DNA of 63,419 nt, the filler included, from Thraustochytrium aureum (lineage: Eukaryota): NCBI GenBank assembly GCA_012862495.1. It is 5 parts of 4 records of this genome, joined end to end, with 100 filler letters (N's around TTAATTAATTAA, not from the genome) between each part and the next. Parts side by side here need not be neighbours in the genome. Positions count along the whole stretch, not along the records: positions 24,318 to 43,667 come from BLSG01000193.1; positions 43,768 to 59,795 come from BLSG01000197.1; 3 more parts are not named here. One strand, given 5' to 3'. The translations under genes and the position numbers were made by a program. Shown here in pieces: positions 35,609 through 45,724 of this stretch (position 1 is the first letter of the stretch; each line of letters starts with the position of its first letter). The notes beneath the pieces are model-generated. The model was not told the origin of the DNA. It was given only the letters and a program-made list of their open reading frames with translations, and did no database searches.

Positions 35609-38056
35609 CTACTCGAGGGGAGGGAGCTGCGCCAAGACCTGAAAGAGCGCGTCCAGGTCGTAGGTCCGAGGGGCATTAGCGCGCACGGCGACGGCCGCAG
35701 CGGCGATCCAGCGATCCTCGATGGCAGAGTACCGTGCTTGCATGCGAGGAAAGGCATTGTCGCCGGAGAGGCAGGCCTCGATCCAGGCCGCCCAGCGAGG
35801 CAGATAGACGTTTTCGGCGAGATCCGCAGACTCGCGCGAGGCGTACGAGTGCAGCAGGTCCGAGTGCGGGGACCAGTACGTGAAAAGGGTGCGAAAGTCT
35901 GCCAACTGGGCGCGGTCGACGCCCGCCCAGTCGACGTCGTCCATCGCCGTCCGCCACATCCAATGCGTCCGAAAGAGCGCCACGGTCGCCCGAATAAGTG
36001 CCAAGATCCGGTCACCCGCTATGCGCGCGTCGTCCTCGTCCACGCCGAGGACTGCGCGGTCAAGAGCCCTGACCGCAAATAGCACAGCGTCCGAGATGAC
36101 CTGGCGCCAAAAGTCGACGAGGTCATAGGCCAGCGTCTGAAACGAGGGTTCCACGCCGCCCTCGTCGAGCTGCACCGCCTCGAAAAGCTCGCGCGCGCCA
36201 CGGAACATGTCGGCGGCGCAGTTGACAAACTCTTGCCGCTTGTATGCGAGCGCCGTGGGCTGGAAGGTGGCATGCTCCATTTCAAAGCCCGGCCGCATCT
36301 CAATGACCGATTTCGTATTGCCCCACCCGGCGCGCTTCTGAGCACGGTTGTAGACGGTTTGCAGAGCGCACTGCCAGGCCGACAAGACGAGCTCTGTGGA
36401 CTTGGTTTGACGGCCGCCGAAGTGGTACCGTGCGTTCACCCAAGAAGCAAGCCACCGCCTTTCCGCTTCAGAAATTGGGGGCGCTTTGGGGGTGTGAGGC
36501 GTCATGCGGGCCGGACGGCGCCTTGCGCAGAGCTGCCCTTTTTCGAGCTGAGCCTCGGCGTCCCCTGCCCGGCCCGCTCCAGCCTCTGTCCACGCGAGGT
36601 CTAACACAAAATCGTAGACTATCTCGTTCTGCTCGATTGCCTCCATGGCCAGGCCGATGCCTTGGACGTTGCGGGAAGTGGCCAACGCCGCGTTGACTTC
36701 GCGGCGCACATGCGCGATCTCGCCAGCCAGACCCTTGGTGCCACCGAAGTTGTGCAGGTACGTCCAGACAAGCTGCTCGTCGCGGAGAACGGGGCGCAGC
36801 CGGCGCCACTGCGGGCGCTTCTCGGCGTGCAAGTCAAGGTAGAGGACGCGCTCGGCGGGCACGGCCCGCATAAAGTCGGCCACCTTTGGGGTGCCCCACT
36901 CGTCGACGTTGTGGGCAAAGCACCACATCTGCACGACGAGGACGGCGGTTGGGTCGCAGGATACAACGGGATCGTAGACGGCGCGAAAGGCAGCTGCAAC
37001 GTCGGTGGTCCCGGGACTCATCTCGTTGAAGAGGTCCACCGAGTAGTACCTTTCGGGAAAGGCGGCGAGCTCGTTGCGGTACTCGATGAGCTGCTCCCGC
37101 AAGAAGGCCTCCGAAATGACCCGGGCGATGGGGGCATCTGGGCGCAACCTCGCGAGCCCCGAGTAGGCGTTGAAAAACCCGGACCAGCTGCTCGCTTTCT
37201 CGGTGTCTTTGAGGCCGAGCTGGCCAGGGACGTGCAGGTTGAACGCAGGCAGGACCGGATTGATGCCGAGGTGGCCCATCCTGGCCAGGATCCAGTGCTG
37301 AAGGTCAAGCTGCGCGCGGAGCCAGCTCTCGCTGAGCGGCGCCCCGAGTCCCTGCACGTTGCCCATCCGGTGCCAGGACAGGTACGCCGCGCTCGTGAAG
37401 AAATCGTTCCGCTTGAAAGGTCCGCTGCCGGGCGGGACAAGCCTGGACCAGACGCGCTGCCAAAGCGCCTCTTGCCCAGTGTGTGCGAGAGCAATGTTAA
37501 TGCCGCGCAGGCTCATCCAGTCGAGTTCTTGCTCCCAGCGACGGCGGCCCCACCATGCCATGGAATAGCTCCACGTGACCTGGTTGAGGTAGTAGCGGTG
37601 CTTTACCCGGGACGCGCACGGTCTTGCAAAGCAGGGCAGCGCTGCGGCGAGGTCTTGCGTGCGGGCGGCGAAAAGCCGGTCAAGGCAGGCCGCGCTGCGC
37701 TGCAGCGGCTCGCCGCGCGACGCCCACGACAAGAGCTCCACCCCGCAAAATGACCTGTACAGGGTGCCCAGGCCGCGGCCGAGGGCCGAGATGGTCGTAC
37801 CGCGAATGCGCAGAATCGCGGCTGTGGCCCCGCCCTCGCGGGCTTCCTCTGCCAGCTGGAACTGGAAGCAGTCCGTGCCGCCTTCCGCTCCGCACAGCCC
37901 GTCGTGGGCCTCGAGGCGAAAGTGCAGGCGGTCGACATCGCGCAGGGGGACTCGGCGTCGCGCCAGCAGGTAGATCCCTCGCGTATCCGGCTGGCGGATC
38001 GCAGCCCCTTCCGGCGCCTCGCCGCCGCGGCACACCGGTGCAGGCCCCACGCCAAG
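35609..38056 (-). CDS. NAGLU: Alpha-N-acetylglucosaminidase (GH89), N-terminus in gap
   Basis: RYYLNQVTWSYSMAWW, WEQELDWMSLRGIN, WHRMGN, DLFNEM, LHNFGG and GIGLAMEAIEQN. Confidence 0.93.
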   Translation of the reverse strand, partial: LGVGPAPVCRGGEAPEGAAIRQPDTRGIYLLARRRVPLRDVDRLHFRLEAHDGLCGAEGGTDCFQFQLAEEAREGGATAAILRIRGTTISALGRGLGTLYRSFCGVELLSWASRGEPLQRSAACLDRLFAARTQDLAAALPCFARPCASRVKHRYYLNQVTWSYSMAWWGRRRWEQELDWMSLRGINIALAHTGQEALWQRVWSRLVPPGSGPFKRNDFFTSAAYLSWHRMGNVQGLGAPLSESWLRAQLDLQHWILARMGHLGINPVLPAFNLHVPGQLGLKDTEKASSWSGFFNAYSGLARLRPDAPIARVISEAFLREQLIEYRNELAAFPERYYSVDLFNEMSPGTTDVAAAFRAVYDPVVSCDPTAVLVVQMWCFAHNVDEWGTPKVADFMRAVPAERVLYLDLHAEKRPQWRRLRPVLRDEQLVWTYLHNFGGTKGLAGEIAHVRREVNAALATSRNVQGIGLAMEAIEQNEIVYDFVLDLAWTEAGAGRAGDAEAQLEKGQLCARRRPARMTPHTPKAPPISEAERRWLASWVNARYHFGGRQTKSTELVLSAWQCALQTVYNRAQKRAGWGNTKSVIEMRPGFEMEHATFQPTALAYKRQEFVNCAADMFRGARELFEAVQLDEGGVEPSFQTLAYDLVDFWRQVISDAVLFAVRALDRAVLGVDEDDARIAGDRILALIRATVALFRTHWMWRTAMDDVDWAGVDRAQLADFRTLFTYWSPHSDLLHSYASRESADLAENVYLPRWAAWIEACLSGDNAFPRMQARYSAIEDRWIAAAAVAVRANAPRTYDLDALFQVLAQLPPLE

Positions 38057-38236
38057 NNNNNNNNNNNNNNNNNNNNNNNNNNNNNNNNNNNNNNNNNNNN
38101 NNNNNNNNNNNNNNNNNNNNNNNNNNNNNNNNNNNNNNNNNNNNNNNNNNNNNNNNNNNNNNNNNNNNNNNNNNNNNNNNNNNNNNNNNNNNNNNNNNNN
38201 NNNNNNNNNNNNNNNNNNNNNNNNNNNNNNNGCGCG

Positions 38237-39489
38237 ATGGAGGGCGACGGGGCGCTGGTGTGGGCGCTGCTGGGCGATGCGGTGAGCGCGGCGATGCACT
38301 GGTATTATGACGAGGATGCGCTGGCGGAGCAGTTTGGGGCGGTGCCAACGGAGGAGATTGTGGCGGTCCCGCGCGGCGTCGCGCACCCGGACTCGCATGG
38401 GTACTTTGGTGCGGTGGACCCGCTCGACAGGACGCAGCACCCGTTTGACCTCTTCCATGACCGCGCCGCGATGTTTGCGGTGCGGGGGCAGCACTACCAC
38501 GCCACGCTCGGACACGGCGAGGTGACGCTCACCTGCGCACTTGCCGTGCAGCTGCAGCTGGAGCTCGCGGCGCGCGGCGGCGCGTACGACGCGGCAGCGT
38601 ACTTGCGTAGATACGAGGAAACGCTGCTGGTGCCCGGGCGGCATCACGACCTCTACGTGGAGAAGTCGCACAGGTCGTTTTTCCGCCGCAAGGCTGCCGA
38701 GCAGGCGGCCTTTGGAGACGGGGTGCCACCGCGCGGGGACGGCGAAGAGGACTGCCTCGGCGGCCTTGTGCTCGCGCTGCCGCTGATGCTGCGTCGGCGC
38801 GACGATCCGGTCGCACAAGTCGACGAGCACGGTGGCCCGGTCGAGGTGCGGCGTGGCGCGGACGCCTGGGTGACGCGCGAGCAAGGCCCTGCTATTGAGG
38901 GGACAGCACTGCCGGCGCGCAAGTTTACAGCTGGAGCCTGGGTGGCGCGCCGCAGCCCGCTGTGGGTAGACGCTGCGTCGCACGTGGCGCTGACTCACGG
39001 TGAGCTAGGGCTTGTTCTTGCGCAAGTGCCTTGGAGGCGGCCTTTGGCGCCTTGCGGAGCGGCGCCGACCCTCGCGCGACGGCACGCGAGCTGCTGCTGT
39101 TGTCGTGCCGATACAGTGAGACCGCGCGCGCCTTGCTCAGGGCGCCGAGCGATTTCGACGTGGAGCTCTGTGATGCGGTGCGACGTGTTGGGTCGGCCTG
39201 TCGCGAGGGTTCGCCGCGGAGTGTGTCCAAGGCCCTTCGCGGGACCTGGCTGTGCGGTCCTCGGTTTCAACGATGATATTTGCGGATGGGGGCGCTCGGC
39301 GGGGTGCTTGTGCTCTTCATGGCTTGGCTCGAGCACCGCGCCGAGCTGCGCCCTGAGCGGATGCTGGCGATCAACGCCCACCTTGGCGGGGACAACACAC
39401 ACCGAGGTTCGCTGCTTGGTGCGCTGATGGCGAGCACGGACCGTTCGTTGGAGCCTCGGCAGTCGTGGCGCGACGTGTGCAAGCTGTAG
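38237..39489 (+). CDS. ADP-ribosylglycohydrolase-family protein, probable selenoprotein (in-frame TGA 39274-39276); frameshift within ~39003-39030
   Basis: GALVWALLGDAVSAAMHWYYD, HYH..LGHGEVTL, PGRHHDLYVE and C-terminal NAHLGGDNTHRGSLLGAL. ORFs 39031-39276 and 39280-39489 are in the same frame, separated only by TGA TAT. Confidence 0.82.
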
Positions 39490-39516
39490 GGGTCTAGGCG
39501 GCCGTCGGTTGGTTTG

Positions 39517-39599
39517 CTCGATCGGGCCGAATGACGGCGTGTGTGCCTCAAGTCCCCACCTTTGGGGGGCGGCGCGACGCTTGAGGGTGCCCGGTCGGG
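39517..39599 (+). promoter_or_regulatory. Eukaryotic type II SECIS-like element in 3' UTR
   Basis: Helix I GATCGGGC/GCCCGGTC. Core ATGAC (39531-39535)/TGAG (39582-39585). Helix II GGCGTGTGTGCC/GGCGGCGCGACGCT with two bulges. Unpaired AA at 39550-39551 and apical mini-helix CCCCA/TGGGG. Confidence 0.78.
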
Positions 39600-39798
39600 G
39601 GACGGCGTTTCGGCGAGCCAGCCAGCCGGCTTGGAGGCGAACGAGACTCGGCCTCGTTTCTGGCCCCGGACGTCTGACGCAACGGGGGGAACAAAACGGC
39701 ATGTGAGCAACACAATTGATGCAATAGACAAGAACAAAAAGTGACCATAGGTGCAGCCCAGCAGTGCAGCGGGGATCCAGAGCGTGCCGGAAAACTCG

Positions 39799-41070
39799 CT
39801 AGATCTCAGCATGGGCGGCGCTTTCTGCGTCAAAGGACGTGTGCTTGGAGCCGAACGAGACTCGCTTGGAGTCATCTGCAGCGGACATGGCCAGCGAGTC
39901 GCGGGAGGCGACCGAGCCCAGGCTGGTGCGCGAGGGCTTGCCGTCAAAGTGGTAGAATTTGTAGGCCATGTAGATGAGAATCGCGACGCAGTTGGCGATG
40001 CCGCACGCGTCCTTGACCGTCTCGTTGTACCAGTACGAGCTGTCCGCGTAGAGCTCGTAGACGTCGGCGAAGGTGAGGATAACGTAGCGCATGAGCAGCG
40101 TGAGCGTGCGCGCCTGCACGAACAGGTGCGGGTCGAGCGTCAAAAACGAGCGCGGAAAGTTGACAAAAATCGCGCTGATCAACACGACGCAGATCACCGC
40201 GAAGTGCTCCTTGCGCTCGTCATACGAAAAAGTGGCGTTCCAGGTGCAGTACATGATAACCCAAAACCAATCCGTTTCGTAGACCATGTCGTAGAAAGCT
40301 GCGTGCGAGTTGTCAATGAACAGAACGTGGCGCCAGGTCGGGCGTAGGTTTGCGAAAAAACAGACCTTGCGGTCCCAGCGGTTGAAGTACGCGCGGGGCA
40401 TGGCCAGGACGAGCCAAAAGCCGGCAAATCCGTTAAAGTAGTTTCCGCGGGACAGGTCGGCGGCGGTGGCCTCGGCGATGTTGACTGCCAGGGCGCCCCA
40501 GAGCAGCCAGCACCAGACGTTGCTGTCGAGGAGCTCGTTAGGGGGGAATAGTCGATCGCCCATAAAGCGGCCGAACGCGAGCCATGGGTCCCAAACGCCT
40601 TCTTCGTAGAAGCCCACCTTTTCGTTCTTGTTCTGGCGCAGGATGTTGTCGATGCGGAAGGTGGCCACGAAAAAGGCCCCCGCGAAGACAGAGAATAGCT
40701 TGATGAACTCGAACGCGCTCTCCAGGTCGCCCTTGAGCCCTGCGTAGGGGATGATGAGGAGGAGGAGCGAGACCGTGAGCACAAAGCCCAGCACGGGCCA
40801 CACGCGGTTGAGGCCGTAGAAGAGCATGAACGCGAGAAAGCAAAGGAAGAGCGTCATGCCGAAGAACCAGCAGTTGGTTCCGAGGCAGCGCGCAAGGGGG
40901 GCGCTCAAGGTGACGTTGGTCAGGTCGTCCCCGACTTGGTATCCGGGGAGCTGCACGTTGGTCACCAAGCTCGTGGTGACAAAGAATGCGGCAAGCACCA
41001 GCAAGAGCAGCCCGGCGCACGCCAACTCTGCGCGCGCCTGTCGCACCGGCTTGTTTCCGCGCATGCCCAT
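39799..41070 (-). CDS. Multi-pass membrane protein, DUF5692-like (start uncertain; ORF open to 41283)
   Basis: FEFIKLFS, LAVNIAEA..D, NGFAG, DM...WFWVIMYCTWN and QARTLTL resemble DUF5692 motifs as I recall them. Confidence 0.6.
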   Translation of the reverse strand: MGMRGNKPVRQARAELACAGLLLLVLAAFFVTTSLVTNVQLPGYQVGDDLTNVTLSAPLARCLGTNCWFFGMTLFLCFLAFMLFYGLNRVWPVLGFVLTVSLLLLIIPYAGLKGDLESAFEFIKLFSVFAGAFFVATFRIDNILRQNKNEKVGFYEEGVWDPWLAFGRFMGDRLFPPNELLDSNVWCWLLWGALAVNIAEATAADLSRGNYFNGFAGFWLVLAMPRAYFNRWDRKVCFFANLRPTWRHVLFIDNSHAAFYDMVYETDWFWVIMYCTWNATFSYDERKEHFAVICVVLISAIFVNFPRSFLTLDPHLFVQARTLTLLMRYVILTFADVYELYADSSYWYNETVKDACGIANCVAILIYMAYKFYHFDGKPSRTSLGSVASRDSLAMSAADDSKRVSFGSKHTSFDAESAAHAEI

Positions 41071-41744
41071 CCGCAGCTGCCGCCCTACGTGCACGCCAAG
41101 CTCAGGCATGGTGACCGTCGTGAGCTTGAGGCGACCAAGTCGGATGCTGGTTGCCTCTGGCGCAGAAAGCGCGGGCAACGAGCTCAGGAAGCGAGAGCCA
41201 CGAGCGCAGAAAGCGAGAGCAGCGAGCTGGGCGTCAGGGTCTGCAGTACTGGGCACCAGCGCCGCGTCCCACGCCAGAGCCAAGGCCGGCCTTGTCTTGC
41301 CGCTGGATACACCGCGTGATCCGCCTCTAGTTTCGCGCCGTCCTTGCCCCGTTCATGTTGGCCCGGGCAAACCGGTCCGGTACGCACCCATGACAGAAGC
41401 GAATCAGTCCGAGAGGGCGATTGCCAGTGGAGTAGGACAAGCCAAGCGATCGAAGTCGAACTGCAAGGAAACAGGTGTGCACCCTACGTTCAGGCTCAGG
41501 CTGGCTGGCTTTCGACGGTAGGGTAGGTAGTAGGAAGGAGTACTTTCGAGGCAGTGCAGCCATTTGCGCTTGCGTCCCACCCGACTGGGCTGGGTGGTTT
41601 GGGTCGGTCAAAGCAACTCAGAAACGCAGAACACACAGCACAGTTTGTTTGGAATGCGAGACAGCCAGCATGAGGCATCAGCCAGCATGAGGCGTCAGCC
41701 GCACACGCACAAGGTCAATAGATTCGAGGCCGCTCGCCGCCACG

Positions 41745-42857
41745 TCAGACGTAACTGTCTGTTGTGTCGACTTGCGTCTCGTCAAAGTTCTCCCGCCGGA
41801 AACCCATCGAAGTCGCAGGCACGCCCTCGCCCGACTGCGGCCCGACCGAGCTTGACATGCCGCTCGAGTTGATGCTCTTGGCCTCGCTGGCAGACAACGA
41901 GGTTTTCGCTGTCCGCAGGCCAGTGAGCACAAACATGATCCAGGAGATGGCGAGGAAGTAATCGTGCTTGTTCCAGAGGAACGGCCAGACGAACATGACG
42001 GCGTAGATGACGCCGACGATCGGGGCTTGCCTCATCGGCACGGCTTGCATGTGCTGGAGCTTCTCCTTCATCCTTTTTGTCTTTTCGAGCTTGGCCATCT
42101 CGTACGACTGGTCCAGCGTCTTGGTGAGCTTTTTGGTCACGTAGATGGCCTGCGCTGCGAGCCACAGCCCCGTGAGGCACATGATGAGCGTGCTGGCCAG
42201 GTAGACGGCCATCTGCGACTCGGGGTTGGCGATTGCAACGAAGGGCAGGAAGGCGGCGAAGAAGTGCATGACGAAGAACAGGTAGGAGACGCGGCGGTTC
42301 CAGGTGATGATGGGCCCGGTTTCTTGGCGCCGTGCATGACGGCCTCAGCAGCGCAGGCTGGAACAGGGACGTAGCAAAGGTAGAAAACGATGCGGATGAT
42401 GGCGTAGCAGACGGAGACCGCGTAGGTGATCCCGATGCGCTCGTCGTCCTTGAACAGCTTGATCACCGACATGACGATGATGGCCGGCGCGCCCAAGCCA
42501 TACCACAGCACCATGCCGGCGGCGCCGCGGTTGTCCTTGAGCGAGTAGCGCTCGCCTCTTTTGCTTGGCGGCCTTGATCTCCATGTACGAGTCGTACCGC
42601 GCGCGCAAGTAGGGGATGGAGAGCCCGACGGCGATCACCTGCATGCCCAGCAGGATGCCCCATGTGACCTTGTACGCCGTGATGTTGATCTGGCAGTCGA
42701 ACCCGTCGCCGTTTACCCAGTCGGAGAGCCCAGTCCAACCGGGGTGGCACACGCAGACGCCATTCACGCAGTCGCCGTGTCCACTGCAGACGCCCAAAAT
42801 GTTATCCCCAAAGCTCCAGGCCGGGTCGTTGATATACGCCAAGCACTGGTCGGCCAT
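41745..42857 (-). CDS. N-terminal EGF-like domain plus multi-pass (about 7) TM protein; several frameshifts
   Basis: CSGHGDCVNGVCVCHPGWTG..DC followed by hydrophobic helices spread over ORFs 42345-, 42137- and 41745-. Confidence 0.7.
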
Positions 42858-43123
42858 GCTGCCTGCGTCGCGCTCGCTCGCTCGCTCGCTCGTCCGCCGG
42901 CCAGCCCGCCCGTGCGCGCGCCAAACTCGTCTTTTCGAGCGGCTCGCTGACTCGCCCGCACGCAGCTCCTCGCGAGGTTCAAGGTCTGGCTGTGCGTGAA
43001 ACTCTGCCACGTCGTGATGCAGACAGGGGCTGCAAGCAAGCGAGCAGAGCACAAGAGCACTGCGAAGGACGCGGCAGGACGCGGCTCGAGCCCACCATGC
43101 GGCTCTCCCCAGCCCAACCTCCA

Positions 43124-43208
43124 AAACAGCAAAAAAAAACCAAAAAAAAACCAAAAAAAACCAAGTATTTTTCTAAAACATGTTTTTTTTGAATAAAACA
43201 AAAAACAA
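43124..43208. repeat. A/T-rich low-complexity tract in a GC-rich background, upstream of the EGF-TM gene
   Basis: Runs of A8-9 separated by CC, then T runs. Confidence 0.8.
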
Positions 43209-43767
43209 CGAGGGGGCTGGGCCGGAGTTTTGGGAAACGCGCCGCTGGCACTCACAGCAAGGTGGCGCGGTGCACACCTCGGGTCTGCGAGCTGTTGCCT
43301 CTCGGAGATATGGGCGGCGAGTGGGTCTTGACGTGCTGTCAAGAGGTCGCCCTATTCTCGAAGTGGAGCGCTACGTGAGCGCTGACTGGCTGGATGGCTG
43401 GCTGGCTTCTAGCCTCTGACGGCTGTTCCTCCAGCCCCGAGCGAGTCGGATTCTCGTCCCGCTGTCGGTCGGCAAGGCGTCCTGCTTGCCTGCTTGCCTG
43501 CCTGTCTGCCAGTGCGGTGTCACGGCGTTGAGCCAGCCAGCGTCGTTGGGCGCGCCGAACTGCGATTCCAGGCCGAGTGCGAACCGCGAAGAATTGATCC
43601 GCTGCGGCAGAGGAGAGTGCGAGGCTGTGCGTCGCGCAACCGTCACTTGTCGCCAACGCGAAGGCCCNNNNNNNNNNNNNNNNNNNNNNNNNNNNNNNNN
43701 NNNNNNNNNNNTTAATTAATTAANNNNNNNNNNNNNNNNNNNNNNNNNNNNNNNNNNNNNNNNNNNN

Positions 43768-44478
43768 CGAGATGGCTGGGAAGAGCGCCAGGAGAGCGTG
43801 GAGGAAGAGGAAGAGGAGGATATGGTGGAGGAGGTGCAGGACGGGGAGGTCGTGGTGAGTGTGCAAAATCCGGCGATGCCTGGACCGCCCAGACGCTCGA
43901 CGCCGTCGCCTGCAACGGCGAGCAAGGCGGAGAGGCGGCCGGCTGCCAGAGCGGCGCCAAACCGTAGCTTCAGGGAATTACTGGGGTTGCAAGAGCCGGC
44001 CAATCGGGAGCAGGTGGATGCGCACTTGGTGAAGATGGCGTACTTGCGCGTGGCGCAGTTCCTCTTGTCGCTCGTGTCCTTCGCCAGCGTGATCGCGCAC
44101 AACAACAACGCCGTTATCCTCGTTGGGGGCGCCTTCCTGAACTGGGAGCTCGCCATCGGCATTTTGGTGTTCCTTTTTGCGATTGGGACTGGGGTCTTGT
44201 CGTACCTGTGCATGGGGACAGGACCGATCGAGCCGAGACTCGTCGAGCTCTTGGTGCGCTCCTCCATCATTGGCGATCTCATTTTCGTATTTATGACGCT
44301 CAGCGCCTTCACGGCAGGGGCGGGCTTTGGCATCGAGTGTGTGTCGTCGGCGTTCATCTCGTGCACGGCTGCGCGCTTGGCGGCGGCGTTTATGTTCTTC
44401 TTGTGGCTGACGTTTCTGTACGCGGTGCCACTTTCGTACTATCTCGTGCGAGCCAGCTTGATGCTCTCCGAGGCCTAG
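43768..44478 (+). CDS. Four-TM MARVEL/CASP-like membrane protein (5' end may be truncated)
   Basis: LRVAQFLLSLVSFA...DLIFVFMTLSAFTAG..C..C...AAAFMFFLW. Confidence 0.65.
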   Translation, partial: RDGWEERQESVEEEEEEDMVEEVQDGEVVVSVQNPAMPGPPRRSTPSPATASKAERRPAARAAPNRSFRELLGLQEPANREQVDAHLVKMAYLRVAQFLLSLVSFASVIAHNNNAVILVGGAFLNWELAIGILVFLFAIGTGVLSYLCMGTGPIEPRLVELLVRSSIIGDLIFVFMTLSAFTAGAGFGIECVSSAFISCTAARLAAAFMFFLWLTFLYAVPLSYYLVRASLMLSEA

Positions 44479-45724
44479 CGGGGCTGCGTTACCCTCTTAC
44501 ATAGGTGTACAGAATGGTACAGTAAGAAGAACCTGCAACTGTGTGACCTCCGCCAGCCAGCGCGGGCGCCGCCCTGAACTCAACGGACCGACAGCGGCCG
44601 CAAGCCCAACAGACTATCGTTCTTGCTTCCTTTTCTTTTTTTNNNNNNNNNNNNNNNNNNNNNNNNNNNNNNNNNNNNNNNNNNNNNNNNNNNNNNNNNN
44701 NNNNNNNNNNNNNNNNNNNNNNNNNNNNNNNNNNNNNNNNNNNNNNNNNNNNNNNNNNNNNNNNNNNNNNNNNNNNNNNNNNNNNNNNNNNNNNNNNNNN
44801 NNNNNNNNNNNNNNNNNNNNNNNNNNNNNNNNNNNNNNNNNNNNNNNNNNNNNNNNNNNNNNNNNNNNNNNNNNNNNNNNNNNNNNNNNNNNNNNNNNNN
44901 NNNNNNNNNNNNNNNNNNNNNNNNNNNNNNNNNNNNNNNNNNNNNNNNNNNNNNNNNNNNNNNNNNNNNNNNNNNNNNNNNNNNNNNNNNNNNNNNNNNN
45001 NNNNNNNNNNNNNNNNNNNNNNNNNNNNNNNNNNNNNNNNNNNNNNNNNNNNNNNNNNNNNNNNNNNNNNNNNNNNNNNNNNNNNNNNNNNNNNNNNNNN
45101 NNNNNNNNNNNNNNNNNNNNNNNNNNNNNNNNNNNNNNNNNNNNNNNNNNNNNNNNNNNNNNNNNNNNNNNNNNNNNNNNNNNNNNNNNNNNNNNNNNNN
45201 NNNNNNNNNNNNNNNNNNNNNNNNNNNNNNNNNNNNNNNNNNNNNNNNNNNNNNNNNNNNNNNNNNNNNNNNNNNNNNNNNNNNNNNNNNNNNNNNNNNN
45301 NNNNNNNNNNNNNNNNNNNNNNNNNNNNNNNNNNNNNNNNNNNNNNNNNNNNNNNNNNNNNNNNNNNNNNNNNNNNNNNNNNNNNNNNNNNNNNNNNNNN
45401 NNNNNNNNNNNNNNNNNNNNNNNNNNNNNNNNNNNNGGCCCAGAATGAGACCCCACAGGCGGCAATCACACCGGCGTCACGCTTGAGCTCCTGGTCGCTG
45501 AGCGCTCGTGCCAGCGCGCTCGACAGGCTGGGCCCAGTCTCTGCCGCGCTTGCGGCCGTGCTGTCCCGCCTCCCTGGCGCTTGCGGCCCGCCATCGCCGG
45601 CCTCGATACCCATCAACCGATCGCTAAGCGCGAGCGACAATGCCGTTGATTGCGAAGCGAGCGCGAGCCGCTGGCAGCTTTGCCCTCCGCAACGCTACCT
45701 CCTGCGCAAAGTGCTGGCGCACGC

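Noticed and set aside
35609..38998. Single 1129-aa minus-strand ORF
   Set aside because: It bridges an N gap. The part beyond 38232 is the antisense of the ADP-ribosylglycohydrolase gene.
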